60,734 nucleotides of DNA from Bacteroidota bacterium (lineage in GTDB: Bacteria; Bacteroidota; Bacteroidia; Chitinophagales; Chitinophagaceae). The notes beneath the pieces are model-generated. The model did no database searches and was not told the DNA's origin. It saw only the letters and a program-made list of their open reading frames with translations. How positions within the stretch are numbered: position 1 is the first letter of the stretch; each line of letters begins with the position of its first letter. This document shows, piece by piece, positions 39,933 to 48,393 of the stretch. The stretch spans positions 1-60,734 of the forward strand of contig JBDUAY010000001.1 of the NCBI GenBank assembly GCA_040004415.1, written 5' to 3'. Made by a program: the position numbers and the translations under genes.

Positions 39933-40739
39933 CTACTGGTATACCCGAACATAATCAACTTCCATACGCTGCGGCCATATATCCTGTGCAATGCCTTTGG
40001 CGCCCCCCCAATCGCCTCCTACTGCAAAATTTAATAGCAAATACATTTTATTATCAAAAGGCCATGCAGCATATCCACTGTGTTCATTGGCAAATCGAAA
40101 ATATACATTTCCATCAACAGCAATTTTTGTACTGTCTGCGCTCCATTCCAAACTATATACATGAAATTTTTCTGAACAGTCTTTTACAACAGCGGTGTCA
40201 GTTTTTTGTGTATGAATAACATGATTGTATTTTTTGCAATGGACGGAGCCGTGTATATAACCCTGGTGAAAACCTACATGTTCCATAATATCAATTTCAC
40301 CATCATCGGGCCACTTCATGGAATCCTTCGAGGCCAAAGTCCAGATGGCCGGCCAGGTGCCAAAGCCTTTGGGCAGGCGCGCCCGCACTTCTATTTTTCC
40401 ATATTGCCAGTCTGCCTTTCCTTTAGTAACCAGCCTCGCAGAAGTATAATCATTATTCTGCCATTTTTCTTTACGGGCCTCAATGACAAGGTTGCCATTT
40501 TCAACCCGGGCATTTTCCACCCGCTTGCTGGTATAAAATTCCAATTCGTGGTTTCCCCAGCCGTCCCCGCCCACATCATAATTCCATTTGCTGCTGTCGG
40601 GGAGACCGGTATAATTAAATTCATCCGACCAGACCAGTTTCCACGTTTTAACTGGTTTGTAACGAAATGATATAAAACCTGTTGTCATCAGCAGCAAAAC
40701 CAATACAGAAGCGGCTATCCGGGTCTTTTGTGTGTTCAT
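39933..40739 (-). CDS. GH16 beta-glucanase (laminarinase-like), secreted
   Basis: It has the catalytic motif GEIDIME, WPAIW and a signal peptide. Confidence 0.88.
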   Translation of the reverse strand: MNTQKTRIAASVLVLLLMTTGFISFRYKPVKTWKLVWSDEFNYTGLPDSSKWNYDVGGDGWGNHELEFYTSKRVENARVENGNLVIEARKEKWQNNDYTSARLVTKGKADWQYGKIEVRARLPKGFGTWPAIWTLASKDSMKWPDDGEIDIMEHVGFHQGYIHGSVHCKKYNHVIHTQKTDTAVVKDCSEKFHVYSLEWSADSTKIAVDGNVYFRFANEHSGYAAWPFDNKMYLLLNFAVGGDWGGAKGIAQDIWPQRMEVDYVRVYQ

Positions 40740-40874
40740 ACAGCTTTAAATTAAGCATTATGAAGATAGTGATTATTAAGAACGAAAGGCGACGTATTAA
40801 CGGACCACGGGCTCAAAATTTACAGCAATCAGACAGTTCTGATAAAATATTTTTTGCTATCAACTGGTAAATAC

Positions 40875-40882
40875 TATTTTTG
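40875..40882 (+). promoter_or_regulatory. Candidate -7 promoter box TATTTTTG (TAnnTTTG) for the his leader transcript
   Basis: It is an exact consensus match 11 nt upstream of the leader ATG. A TTG lies about 19 nt further upstream. Confidence 0.45.
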
Positions 40883-40892
40883 CGCCATCATT

Positions 40893-40943
40893 ATGAAACA
40901 GTTCACACATACACATCATCATACAATCTTACCCAACCGGTAA
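40893..40943 (+). CDS. his operon leader peptide MKQFTHTHHHTILPNR
   Basis: The ORF has 16 codons, 4 of them His (3 consecutive). It sits upstream of hisG and overlaps mutually exclusive hairpins. Confidence 0.75.
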   Translation: MKQFTHTHHHTILPNR

Positions 40944-40980
40944 GCCAATGGTGTTTGTGTTCAGGTATAAAACATTAGAA

Positions 40981-41005
40981 GGCTTACGCAAGTAGGCCTT
41001 TTTTT
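40981..41005 (+). terminator. Attenuator terminator of the his leader
   Basis: GGCTTAC-GCAA-GTAGGCC forms 7 bp (one G-U) with a GNRA loop, followed by T7. Its left arm can alternatively pair with GTAAGCC at 40940-40946. Confidence 0.75.
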
Positions 41006-41178
41006 ATGTGTCTGAACCATCATTTAAAAAGACTTTACGGATTATTAGAAAGGATAAAAAAATAGTTAATGCCTGAAATCAAAAATTTAAAGGGCCACTT
41101 TTTCCGCTTAATCTTTGAAAAGCCTTTTAAATCGTTGCTCAGGCAATATAATTCAGACAATTAAAAATAAAATAAATC

Positions 41179-42045
41179 ATGGTTCAGACAGATAAAATTC
41201 GCATTGCCATTCAGAAATCAGGCCGCCTGTATGAAGATTCCGTAAAATTGCTGAAAGAATGTGGCATTGATTTACGCAATGTAAAAGACCGCTTAAAAAC
41301 AGAAAGCGATAATTTTCCGCTGGAAGTATTTTTTTTACGCGATGATGATATTCCTCAATATGTGGAAGATGGTGTGGCTGATATAGGTATTGTTGGAGAA
41401 AATGTATTGTTTGAAAAAAACAAAAAAGCAATTGTAGTAGAACAACTGGGGTTTGGAAAATGCAGGCTTTCAATTGCGGTACCACGCAGTCAGCAATATG
41501 ATGGCGTTGCTGCATTAAAAGGAAAACGCATTGCCACCAGTTATCCTTTTTTAGTTAATGGATATTTAAAGCAACACAATGTTGAAGCTGATATTCATGA
41601 GATTAGCGGGTCTGTTGAAATAGCCCCGGGCATCGGGCTGGCAGACGTTGTAGCCGATTTGGTGAGTAGTGGTTCCACGCTTTTTATGAATGGTTTAAAG
41701 GAAGTAGAAACGATTTTGCAATCGCAGGCAGTGCTTATAAAAAACAACGGACTTGCACAACCGCAGTTGGATCTTTTGGATAAATTATTGTTCCGAATGC
41801 GCGCTGTTAAAAAAGCAAAAAGGAATAAATATGTTTTGCTGAATGCACCCAATGATAAAATAAAAGAAATTATAGCCTTGTTGCCGGGTATGAAAAGTCC
41901 GACGGTTTTACCATTGGCAGAAAGTGGCTGGAGCAGTGTACACAGCGTACTCGATGAAGATACATTCTGGGATAAAATTGAACAACTGAAAGCCGCTGGC
42001 GCGCAGGGCATTTTGGTAGTACCTATCGAGAAAATGATTATTTGA
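41179..42045 (+). CDS. hisG: ATP phosphoribosyltransferase, long form
   Basis: It begins IRIAIQKSGRL and is ~288 aa, including the C-terminal regulatory domain. Confidence 0.92.
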   Translation: MVQTDKIRIAIQKSGRLYEDSVKLLKECGIDLRNVKDRLKTESDNFPLEVFFLRDDDIPQYVEDGVADIGIVGENVLFEKNKKAIVVEQLGFGKCRLSIAVPRSQQYDGVAALKGKRIATSYPFLVNGYLKQHNVEADIHEISGSVEIAPGIGLADVVADLVSSGSTLFMNGLKEVETILQSQAVLIKNNGLAQPQLDLLDKLLFRMRAVKKAKRNKYVLLNAPNDKIKEIIALLPGMKSPTVLPLAESGWSSVHSVLDEDTFWDKIEQLKAAGAQGILVVPIEKMII

Positions 42046-42177
42046 TAATGTGAAGAATCTGAAAATGTGCTAACTGAAAATGCAGTTGGGACCGGGCTTG
42101 CTCCCGCCCTGAAATTTTGGAAATCTGAGCAGCGTATTGTAGAAATAAGACTTGGGTGAAAGCAACTAATTTGAAAT

Positions 42178-43497
42178 ATGCAGACGTTTAAATTACCAGC
42201 AAGAAGTGAATGGAAAGAAATATTGGCAAGGCCAGTGATTGATGCTGCTGCGCTGGAGCAAAAAGTAAAAACGATACTGGACGAAGTAAAAAAAGGTGGA
42301 GATGCCTCCGTGAAATTCTTTACCAAACAATTTGACGGTGTTGAATTGAACGGCATGATGGTGAGTGAAGCAGAAATGGAAAATGCTGAGAAAAATATTT
42401 CTGATGAATTAAAACAGGCGATTCAACAAGCTGCTGCCAATATTAGATTATTTCATGAAAAACAGGTTGGTGCTGTGGAAATAATTGAGACAATGCCGGG
42501 CGTACAATGCTGGCGCAAAAGTGTAGGTATCGAAAAAGTTGGATTGTATATTCCCGGTGGTACGGCGCCGTTATTTTCTACTTTATTAATGCTGGCGATA
42601 CCTGCGAAAATTGCGGGTTGTAAAGAAATTGTATTGTGCACGCCGCCTGCTCCCATGGACGGTGAGCGCGGGACTGGGGGTGAGATTCACCCTGCTATTT
42701 TATTTGCAGCAAAAACGGTGGGCATTACAAAGATTTTTAAAGCAGGTGGTGTGCAGGCCATTGCTGCCATGGCATATGGAACACAAACCATTCCGCAGGT
42801 ATATAAAATTTTTGGTCCGGGTAATCAATATGTAACCTGCGCCAAACAGCTGATACAAAAAGATGGAATTGCTATTGACATGCCTGCGGGGCCAAGTGAA
42901 GTGGCCGTGTATGCAGATAACACGGCCATTCCGGCATTTGTAGCAGCTGACCTTCTATCGCAGGCAGAGCATGGCGCAGACAGCCAGGTATTGTTGGTTG
43001 TGCGTCGTTACGCCTCTAACCAGGACGCTGAAACGATAATTGATAGCGTAAAAGACGAGATTGAAAGACAATTAGCACAGCTGCCGAGAAAAGAAATTGC
43101 GGCAAAAGCATTGAAGAATAGTAAAATAATTATCGTTGAAAATGACAAGGATGCAATTGATTTATTGAATGAATATGCTGCGGAACATCTGATTTTTAGC
43201 TGTGCAAATGCAGATGAGCTGGCCGAAAACATCATCAATGCAGGCTCAATCTTCCTGGGTAATTATTCCCCGGAAAGTGTGGGCGATTATGCCAGTGGTA
43301 CCAATCATACGTTACCTACTAACGGTTATGCAAAAGCATATAGTGGCGTAAGTGTAGATAGTTTTGTAAAAAAAATTACGTATCAAAAATTAACGGAACA
43401 AGGTTTGAAAAATATTGCAGGAACAGTAGAAGTAATGGCAGCTGCGGAAGGATTGGATGCGCATAAGAACGCAGTTAGCATACGGTTGAAGAAATGA
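42178..43497 (+). CDS. hisD: Histidinol dehydrogenase
   Basis: It shows full-length HisD similarity (GGTAPL, QAEHG, SVGDYASGTNHTLPT). Confidence 0.93.
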   Translation: MQTFKLPARSEWKEILARPVIDAAALEQKVKTILDEVKKGGDASVKFFTKQFDGVELNGMMVSEAEMENAEKNISDELKQAIQQAAANIRLFHEKQVGAVEIIETMPGVQCWRKSVGIEKVGLYIPGGTAPLFSTLLMLAIPAKIAGCKEIVLCTPPAPMDGERGTGGEIHPAILFAAKTVGITKIFKAGGVQAIAAMAYGTQTIPQVYKIFGPGNQYVTCAKQLIQKDGIAIDMPAGPSEVAVYADNTAIPAFVAADLLSQAEHGADSQVLLVVRRYASNQDAETIIDSVKDEIERQLAQLPRKEIAAKALKNSKIIIVENDKDAIDLLNEYAAEHLIFSCANADELAENIINAGSIFLGNYSPESVGDYASGTNHTLPTNGYAKAYSGVSVDSFVKKITYQKLTEQGLKNIAGTVEVMAAAEGLDAHKNAVSIRLKK

Positions 43498-43782
43498 TGA
43501 ATGCGATGACAAATTTTAGCTTTCCAAGCTACCTCAATTTTCCCGCAGTTCTGAAGGGGCGTGGTTGTAAGCTTTGGGTTAAGCCCGGCGGCCGGAATAT
43601 AGAACCGATCCAGGGATTAAATAGATTGCGCAAATCCACGGAGGGGATTAATGTCAATAGCCGCTGGGACAACCCGGGGACGTAAATAAATCTTAGGTAA
43701 AACCCTGGAGATGGTCAATAAAGGGGCTTGTTTAAATGTTCAATTTTCGAATAATGATGAGTGCACCAAAATGATATACTGT

Positions 43783-43835
43783 ACAAGTGAGTGACACCCG
43801 TCCGAACGGTGTTCATCCGGGCGGGCAACGATGTT
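43783..43835. repeat. Dispersed 53-nt repeat, copy 2
   Basis: It is 51/53 identical to 9763-9815. It lies in the hisD-hisC gap and ends at the spurious upstream ATG of the hisC ORF. Confidence 0.85.
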
Positions 43836-43872
43836 TAATAGAATTACAAAAGCCCGCAACAAAAATAAAAAA

Positions 43873-44928
43873 ATGAGTTTCGATATCAATAACCTGTTAA
43901 GAAAAAATATTAAAAACCTGGTTGCTTATTCATCCGCCCGTGATGAATTTAAAGGCGAGGCAAATATTTTTTTAGATGCCAATGAAAACAGTCTTGGATC
44001 GCCACTGATAAAATGGTACAACCGCTATCCCGATCCATTGCAATGGAAAGTAAAAGAAAAATTATCTGCTATAAAAGGAATCCCGGCAAAACATATTTTC
44101 CTGGGTAATGGCAGCGATGAATGTATCGATATTTTATACCGTGCTTTTTGCAACCCGGGTAGAGACAACGTTATTATTTGTCCGCCTACCTATGGCATGT
44201 ATGAAGTGAGCGCAAATATTAATGATGTTGAAATACGCTGGGCAAGATTGCTGGATAATTTTCAGCTTGATTTAATACACCTGGAAAACCTGGTGGATGA
44301 CAACACAAAAATCATTTGGCTGTGCTCGCCCAATAATCCAACCGGCAATGCATTAAACCGGGAAGATATAGAGACGGTGTTGAACAATTTCCCCGGCCTG
44401 GTGGTAATAGATGAGGCGTATATTAATTTTTCACGCTTCCGATCTTTTATACCCGCCTTGCAGGAATACCCGAATTTAGTAGTGATGCAGACGCTGAGTA
44501 AAGCCTGGGGATTGGCCGGTCTCAGGCTGGGTATGGCTTTTGCAAGTGAAGCTATTATTGAAATATATAACCGGGTAAAACCGCCGTACAATATTAATCA
44601 GTCTACGCAGGAACTGGTGTTGAAAGCGCTGGATGAAGTTGGGCAGGTGAACGATATGATTAAGCTCATTGTGCAACAGCGGGACATGTTGGCTGTTGCA
44701 TTGACAAAAATGCCCGGTGTACAAAAAGTCTATCCCAGTGATGCTAATTTTTTATTGGTGAAAGTTGCAGATGCGCGGGTTACCTATAATTATCTGCTGG
44801 AGAAAGGAATTGTAGTTCGCGATAGAAGCAAAGTTGAATTATGTGAAGGATGTCTGCGCATTACTGTGGGTACAGAAAAAGAAAATATTGATTTAATCAA
44901 AAACCTGGAAACATTCTTTCAGGAATAG
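43873..44928 (+). CDS. hisC: Histidinol-phosphate aminotransferase
   Basis: It has LVAYSSARDEF, YPDP and SKAWGLAGLRLG (PLP lysine). The start was trimmed to MSFDINNLLRKN. Confidence 0.9.
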   Translation: MSFDINNLLRKNIKNLVAYSSARDEFKGEANIFLDANENSLGSPLIKWYNRYPDPLQWKVKEKLSAIKGIPAKHIFLGNGSDECIDILYRAFCNPGRDNVIICPPTYGMYEVSANINDVEIRWARLLDNFQLDLIHLENLVDDNTKIIWLCSPNNPTGNALNREDIETVLNNFPGLVVIDEAYINFSRFRSFIPALQEYPNLVVMQTLSKAWGLAGLRLGMAFASEAIIEIYNRVKPPYNINQSTQELVLKALDEVGQVNDMIKLIVQQRDMLAVALTKMPGVQKVYPSDANFLLVKVADARVTYNYLLEKGIVVRDRSKVELCEGCLRITVGTEKENIDLIKNLETFFQE

Positions 44929-44956
44929 CTAATTTTAAAGCTCAAAAAAAGATAGT

Positions 44957-46228
44957 ATGCATTATTTAAAATCTTTTCTTATCCTATCCGCTTGTTTGTT
45001 GTTGCTGAGTACCGGCAGTTTTGCAGGCGGCCCACCCCCTACTAATAAAAAGAAGCCCGCTGAACCAGTTATAAAAGTGCCGGAGGGTTTTTCAGTAGCT
45101 AATGTGGCGTCCGATTTAGGCCGTCCGCGGCATCTTGCCGTTGCAACTAACGGAGATGTATTTGTAAAATTGGATAAATTAAAAAACGGTAAAGGCATCA
45201 TCCGTTTACATGCTAACGGTAATGGTAAACCGGATATGCAAACAGGTTATGGCGATTTCACCGGAACCGGTATCGCCATCAAAAACGGATATATATATGC
45301 TTCTACCAATTCAGAAGTGTTCAGGTATAAATTAAATGAAAAAACAGGTGTTGTTGATGAAGCATCCAAACAAAAAATAGTGACTGGTTTATGGGATAGA
45401 CACGAGCATGAAGCAAAGGCCATTACGTTAGACAATGACGGCAACCTGTATGTAAATATTGGTGCGCCATCCAATTGCTGCCAGGTGAAGGATAGGGTAA
45501 AAGGGTCACCCAGCAAAGATCCTTGTCCAATTCTTGATTCAGCCGGTGGTATCTGGCAGTTTAAAGCAGATAAAACAAATCAGTCGTATGGAGATGGTAC
45601 ACGCTATGCAACAGGTTTGCGCAATGTGGTAGGTTTATTCTGGAATACGGAAGTAAATGATTTGTATGTAATGCAGCACGGCCGGGATCAATTGTTCCAG
45701 CTTTTTCCTGAGTTATTTGATCAGAAGGCAGGCGCAGAAAATCCAGCAGAAGAAATGTTCCGTGTTAAAAAGGGATCTGATTGCGGATGGCCGTATTGTT
45801 ATTTTGACAATGATAAAAAAGAAAAATTGCTAAACCCCGAATATGGTGGCGACAGAAGTAAAGTTGGCCGTTGCGAAGAAAAAACAAAATCTGTTATTCA
45901 GTTTCCTGGTCACCTGGCACCGAACGGGTTGCTGTTTTATACCGGCACAACATTTCCTGCCAGATATAAGAACGGTGCGTTCATTGCTTTTCATGGTTCC
46001 TGGAACAGAGCGCCGGAACCGCAGGCAGGTTATTTTGTAGTGTTCGTTCCGTTTAAAGATGGAGTGCCAAGTGGAAAATGGGAAGTGTTTGCCGACGGGT
46101 TTGCTGGCGCGGATATAAATGATGCATATAGCCGTCCCTGCGGTTTGGCCCAGGGAACAGATGGCTCATTGTACGTTTCAGATGATAAAAAGGGAAACGT
46201 CTGGAAGATATCTTATGGTACCAAATAA
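44957..46228 (+). CDS. Secreted sGDH/sorbosone-dehydrogenase-like (PQQ-dependent sugar dehydrogenase family) beta-propeller
   Basis: It has a signal peptide. GLRNVVGL and GSLYVSDD-type blade motifs are typical of soluble glucose/sorbosone dehydrogenases. Confidence 0.65.
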   Translation: MHYLKSFLILSACLLLLSTGSFAGGPPPTNKKKPAEPVIKVPEGFSVANVASDLGRPRHLAVATNGDVFVKLDKLKNGKGIIRLHANGNGKPDMQTGYGDFTGTGIAIKNGYIYASTNSEVFRYKLNEKTGVVDEASKQKIVTGLWDRHEHEAKAITLDNDGNLYVNIGAPSNCCQVKDRVKGSPSKDPCPILDSAGGIWQFKADKTNQSYGDGTRYATGLRNVVGLFWNTEVNDLYVMQHGRDQLFQLFPELFDQKAGAENPAEEMFRVKKGSDCGWPYCYFDNDKKEKLLNPEYGGDRSKVGRCEEKTKSVIQFPGHLAPNGLLFYTGTTFPARYKNGAFIAFHGSWNRAPEPQAGYFVVFVPFKDGVPSGKWEVFADGFAGADINDAYSRPCGLAQGTDGSLYVSDDKKGNVWKISYGTK

Positions 46229-46350
46229 TCTGGAAATATTTTTTTTCTGGCCGGTGTAACCGGCACTACGTATTATCACTGTTTAGTATCAGGTTGTACG
46301 CAAATACTACTGGGTTTCTACATCAATCATATTTGAACGCCTGCGTAATT

Positions 46351-46854
46351 ATGAAATATGTTTTTTTAATTATTGTTACTATTGTGTTCTCTCTGTCTGC
46401 ATCGTCATTTGTAAATAAACAGCAACCCCGCGGTAAAAAAACAACCGAAGCGTTGAATGCATCCATTGCGCGTGGAGAGAAAGTCTACAAGGGCACCTGT
46501 ATCGCATGCCACCAGGCCAAGGGCCAGGGTGTTGACAGGATGAACCCGCCACTGATAAAAACAAAATGGGTGCTGGGTGATAAAAAAGCATTGGCAAGAA
46601 TTGTGCTCTTTGGTTTGAAAGGTGGAGAAATAATTATTGATGGAGACGATTTTCACAACCCAATGCCTGCACAGGGCGAACAGTTTACAGATCTCCAGAT
46701 AGCAGATGTATTAACCTATATCAGGAACAGTTTTGGCAATAAAGCCGGCGCGGTTACAACGGCAGATGTTAAAATAGCCAGGGCAACGCCTGCAGGCGCG
46801 GCTGCAAAGACACCTGCCAGCAAAACACCGGCTAAAAAAAACGTAAAACATTAA
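46351..46854 (+). CDS. Class I c-type cytochrome, membrane-anchored/secreted, with an A/K/P-rich tail
   Basis: It has the CIACH heme motif and a distal NPMP methionine ligand region. The start was trimmed to MKYVFLII. Its stop TAA directly abuts the hisB ATG. Confidence 0.75.
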   Translation: MKYVFLIIVTIVFSLSASSFVNKQQPRGKKTTEALNASIARGEKVYKGTCIACHQAKGQGVDRMNPPLIKTKWVLGDKKALARIVLFGLKGGEIIIDGDDFHNPMPAQGEQFTDLQIADVLTYIRNSFGNKAGAVTTADVKIARATPAGAAAKTPASKTPAKKNVKH

Positions 46855-48000
46855 ATGAAAAGGATACTGTTTATTGACCGCGATGGAACGCTGATTGACG
46901 AAGCGCCCCCAACTTATCAATTGGATTCTTACGATAAATTAACTTTCTATCCGCAGATGTTTGAATACATGGGCCGCATTGCCCGTGAATTTGATTATGA
47001 ACTGGTAATGGTCACCAACCAGGATGGATTGGGCACTGCGTCTTTTCCGGAAAGCACTTTCTGGCCATTGCATAACCTGGTAATGAAAAGCATGGAAGGC
47101 GAGGGCATTCATTTCAGTACGGTGCACATCGATCGAACCTTTCCAAAAGATAATGCGCCAACACGCAAACCGGGTATTGGCATGCTGACAGATTACCTGG
47201 ACAGTGACAAATACGACATGGAAAATTCTTATGTGATCGGTGACCGGATTACCGATATTCAATTGGCGAAGAATTTGGGTTGCCGTGGTATCTGGCTAAA
47301 TAATGATCCTAATTTAGGTGCAGGAGAAATGGCAGATAAAGCAGCTTCCCTGCACCAGGATGGAACCATTGCATTAGAAACAACAAAATGGTCACAGATA
47401 TATGAGTACCTGCGGTTGGGCCTGCGCCAGGTGGTACATGAAAGGAACACCAATGAAACACAGATAAAAATTGAATTAAATATTGATGGCCGCGGAAAAG
47501 CAAATATTGTGACTGGCCTCGGCTTTTTTGATCATATGCTGGAGCAGGTTGCAAGGCATGGTAAAATGGATATTACTATCCGTTCAAACGGAGATTTGCA
47601 TATTGACGAACACCACACCATAGAAGATACAGGTATTGCGTTGGGCGAAGCATTCGCAAAGGCGCTGGCAGATAAGCGTGGAATGGAGCGTTATGGTTTT
47701 GCATTACCAATGGATGAGGCTGAAGCCAAAGTGCTGATAGATTTTGGCGGCCGCAACTGGATTGTGTGGAATGCTTCTTTTACAAGAGAAAAAGTAGGAG
47801 AGATGCCTACCGAAATGTTTTTTCATTTCTTTAAATCTTTTTCTGATGGGGCAAAATGTAACCTCAATATAGAGTGCCACGGCGATAATGAGCACCATAA
47901 AATAGAGGCCATCTTCAAGGCATTTGCGAAAGCCATCAGGATGGCGGTAAAGCGTGATCCGCTGAGCAATTATTTACCAAGTACAAAGGGGGTTTTGTAA
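46855..48000 (+). CDS. hisB: Bifunctional histidinol-phosphatase / imidazoleglycerol-phosphate dehydratase
   Basis: The N-terminal HAD domain ([15 protein letters not shown]) is fused to an IGPD domain (DxHHxxE motifs). Confidence 0.92.
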   Translation: MKRILFIDRDGTLIDEAPPTYQLDSYDKLTFYPQMFEYMGRIAREFDYELVMVTNQDGLGTASFPESTFWPLHNLVMKSMEGEGIHFSTVHIDRTFPKDNAPTRKPGIGMLTDYLDSDKYDMENSYVIGDRITDIQLAKNLGCRGIWLNNDPNLGAGEMADKAASLHQDGTIALETTKWSQIYEYLRLGLRQVVHERNTNETQIKIELNIDGRGKANIVTGLGFFDHMLEQVARHGKMDITIRSNGDLHIDEHHTIEDTGIALGEAFAKALADKRGMERYGFALPMDEAEAKVLIDFGGRNWIVWNASFTREKVGEMPTEMFFHFFKSFSDGAKCNLNIECHGDNEHHKIEAIFKAFAKAIRMAVKRDPLSNYLPSTKGVL

Positions 48001-48064
48001 GCATCTGGCACGGGCAAACGCCCTGCAGCCTGTTCGCAGCGCCATCATTTCTTTACTGGCTGCA

Positions 48065-48349
48065 TTATTTTATCAGTACGTCTGCAAATTCAGGTTTCTT
48101 ATCAAAAACAGATTTTGCAAAAGGACAAAGCGGCGTAATTTTCATTTGATGTGTTCTTGCATATTCAACCGCCGTGTGTACCAGTTGAAGCCCAATACCT
48201 TTTCCTTTAAGAGAATCATCTACTTCTGTATGTTCGATGATCATTTTATTTTCTGCAGGTTTTGAATAGACCAGTTCTGCCAGTATAGCACCGTCCTGTC
48301 CTACGTAAAACATTCCTTTTCCACCTATTTGTTTGTGTTGAATAAGCAT
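48065..48349 (-). CDS. Small GNAT-like acetyltransferase (YjdJ/Acetyltransf_CG type)
   Basis: It is ~94 aa with GKGIGLQLV and a C-terminal CPF motif. Confidence 0.6.
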   Translation of the reverse strand: MLIQHKQIGGKGMFYVGQDGAILAELVYSKPAENKMIIEHTEVDDSLKGKGIGLQLVHTAVEYARTHQMKITPLCPFAKSVFDKKPEFADVLIK

Positions 48350-48393
48350 AGTTATAGTTTAATTAATTTTTGTAAAATGGCATAACCTTGTGG

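Noticed and set aside
42046-42177. The 132-nt hisG-hisD spacer contains a GC-rich patch (GGGACCGGGCTTGCTCCCGCCC).
   Set aside because: It offers only weak, imperfect pairing, has no T-run and matches none of the repeats found elsewhere in the window.
41595-42356. A 253-aa minus-strand ORF spans the hisG 3' end, the spacer and the hisD 5' end.
   Set aside because: It is antisense to two strongly supported genes. Its composition is Ser/Thr/Phe-rich and low-complexity, typical of a shadow ORF, and it has no recognisable motifs.
43494-43685. A 63-aa ORF starts at the hisD stop (ATGATGA).
   Set aside because: It has no family resemblance and an odd composition. It lies in a region better explained as non-coding or repeat-derived. 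It is kept only as part of the gap finding.
46248-46270. The hairpin GCCGGT-GTA-ACCGGC lies after the sGDH-like gene, and I considered it as a possible internal terminator of the his operon.
   Set aside because: On the + strand the T-run precedes the stem instead of following it. It does not fit an intrinsic terminator in the direction of transcription.
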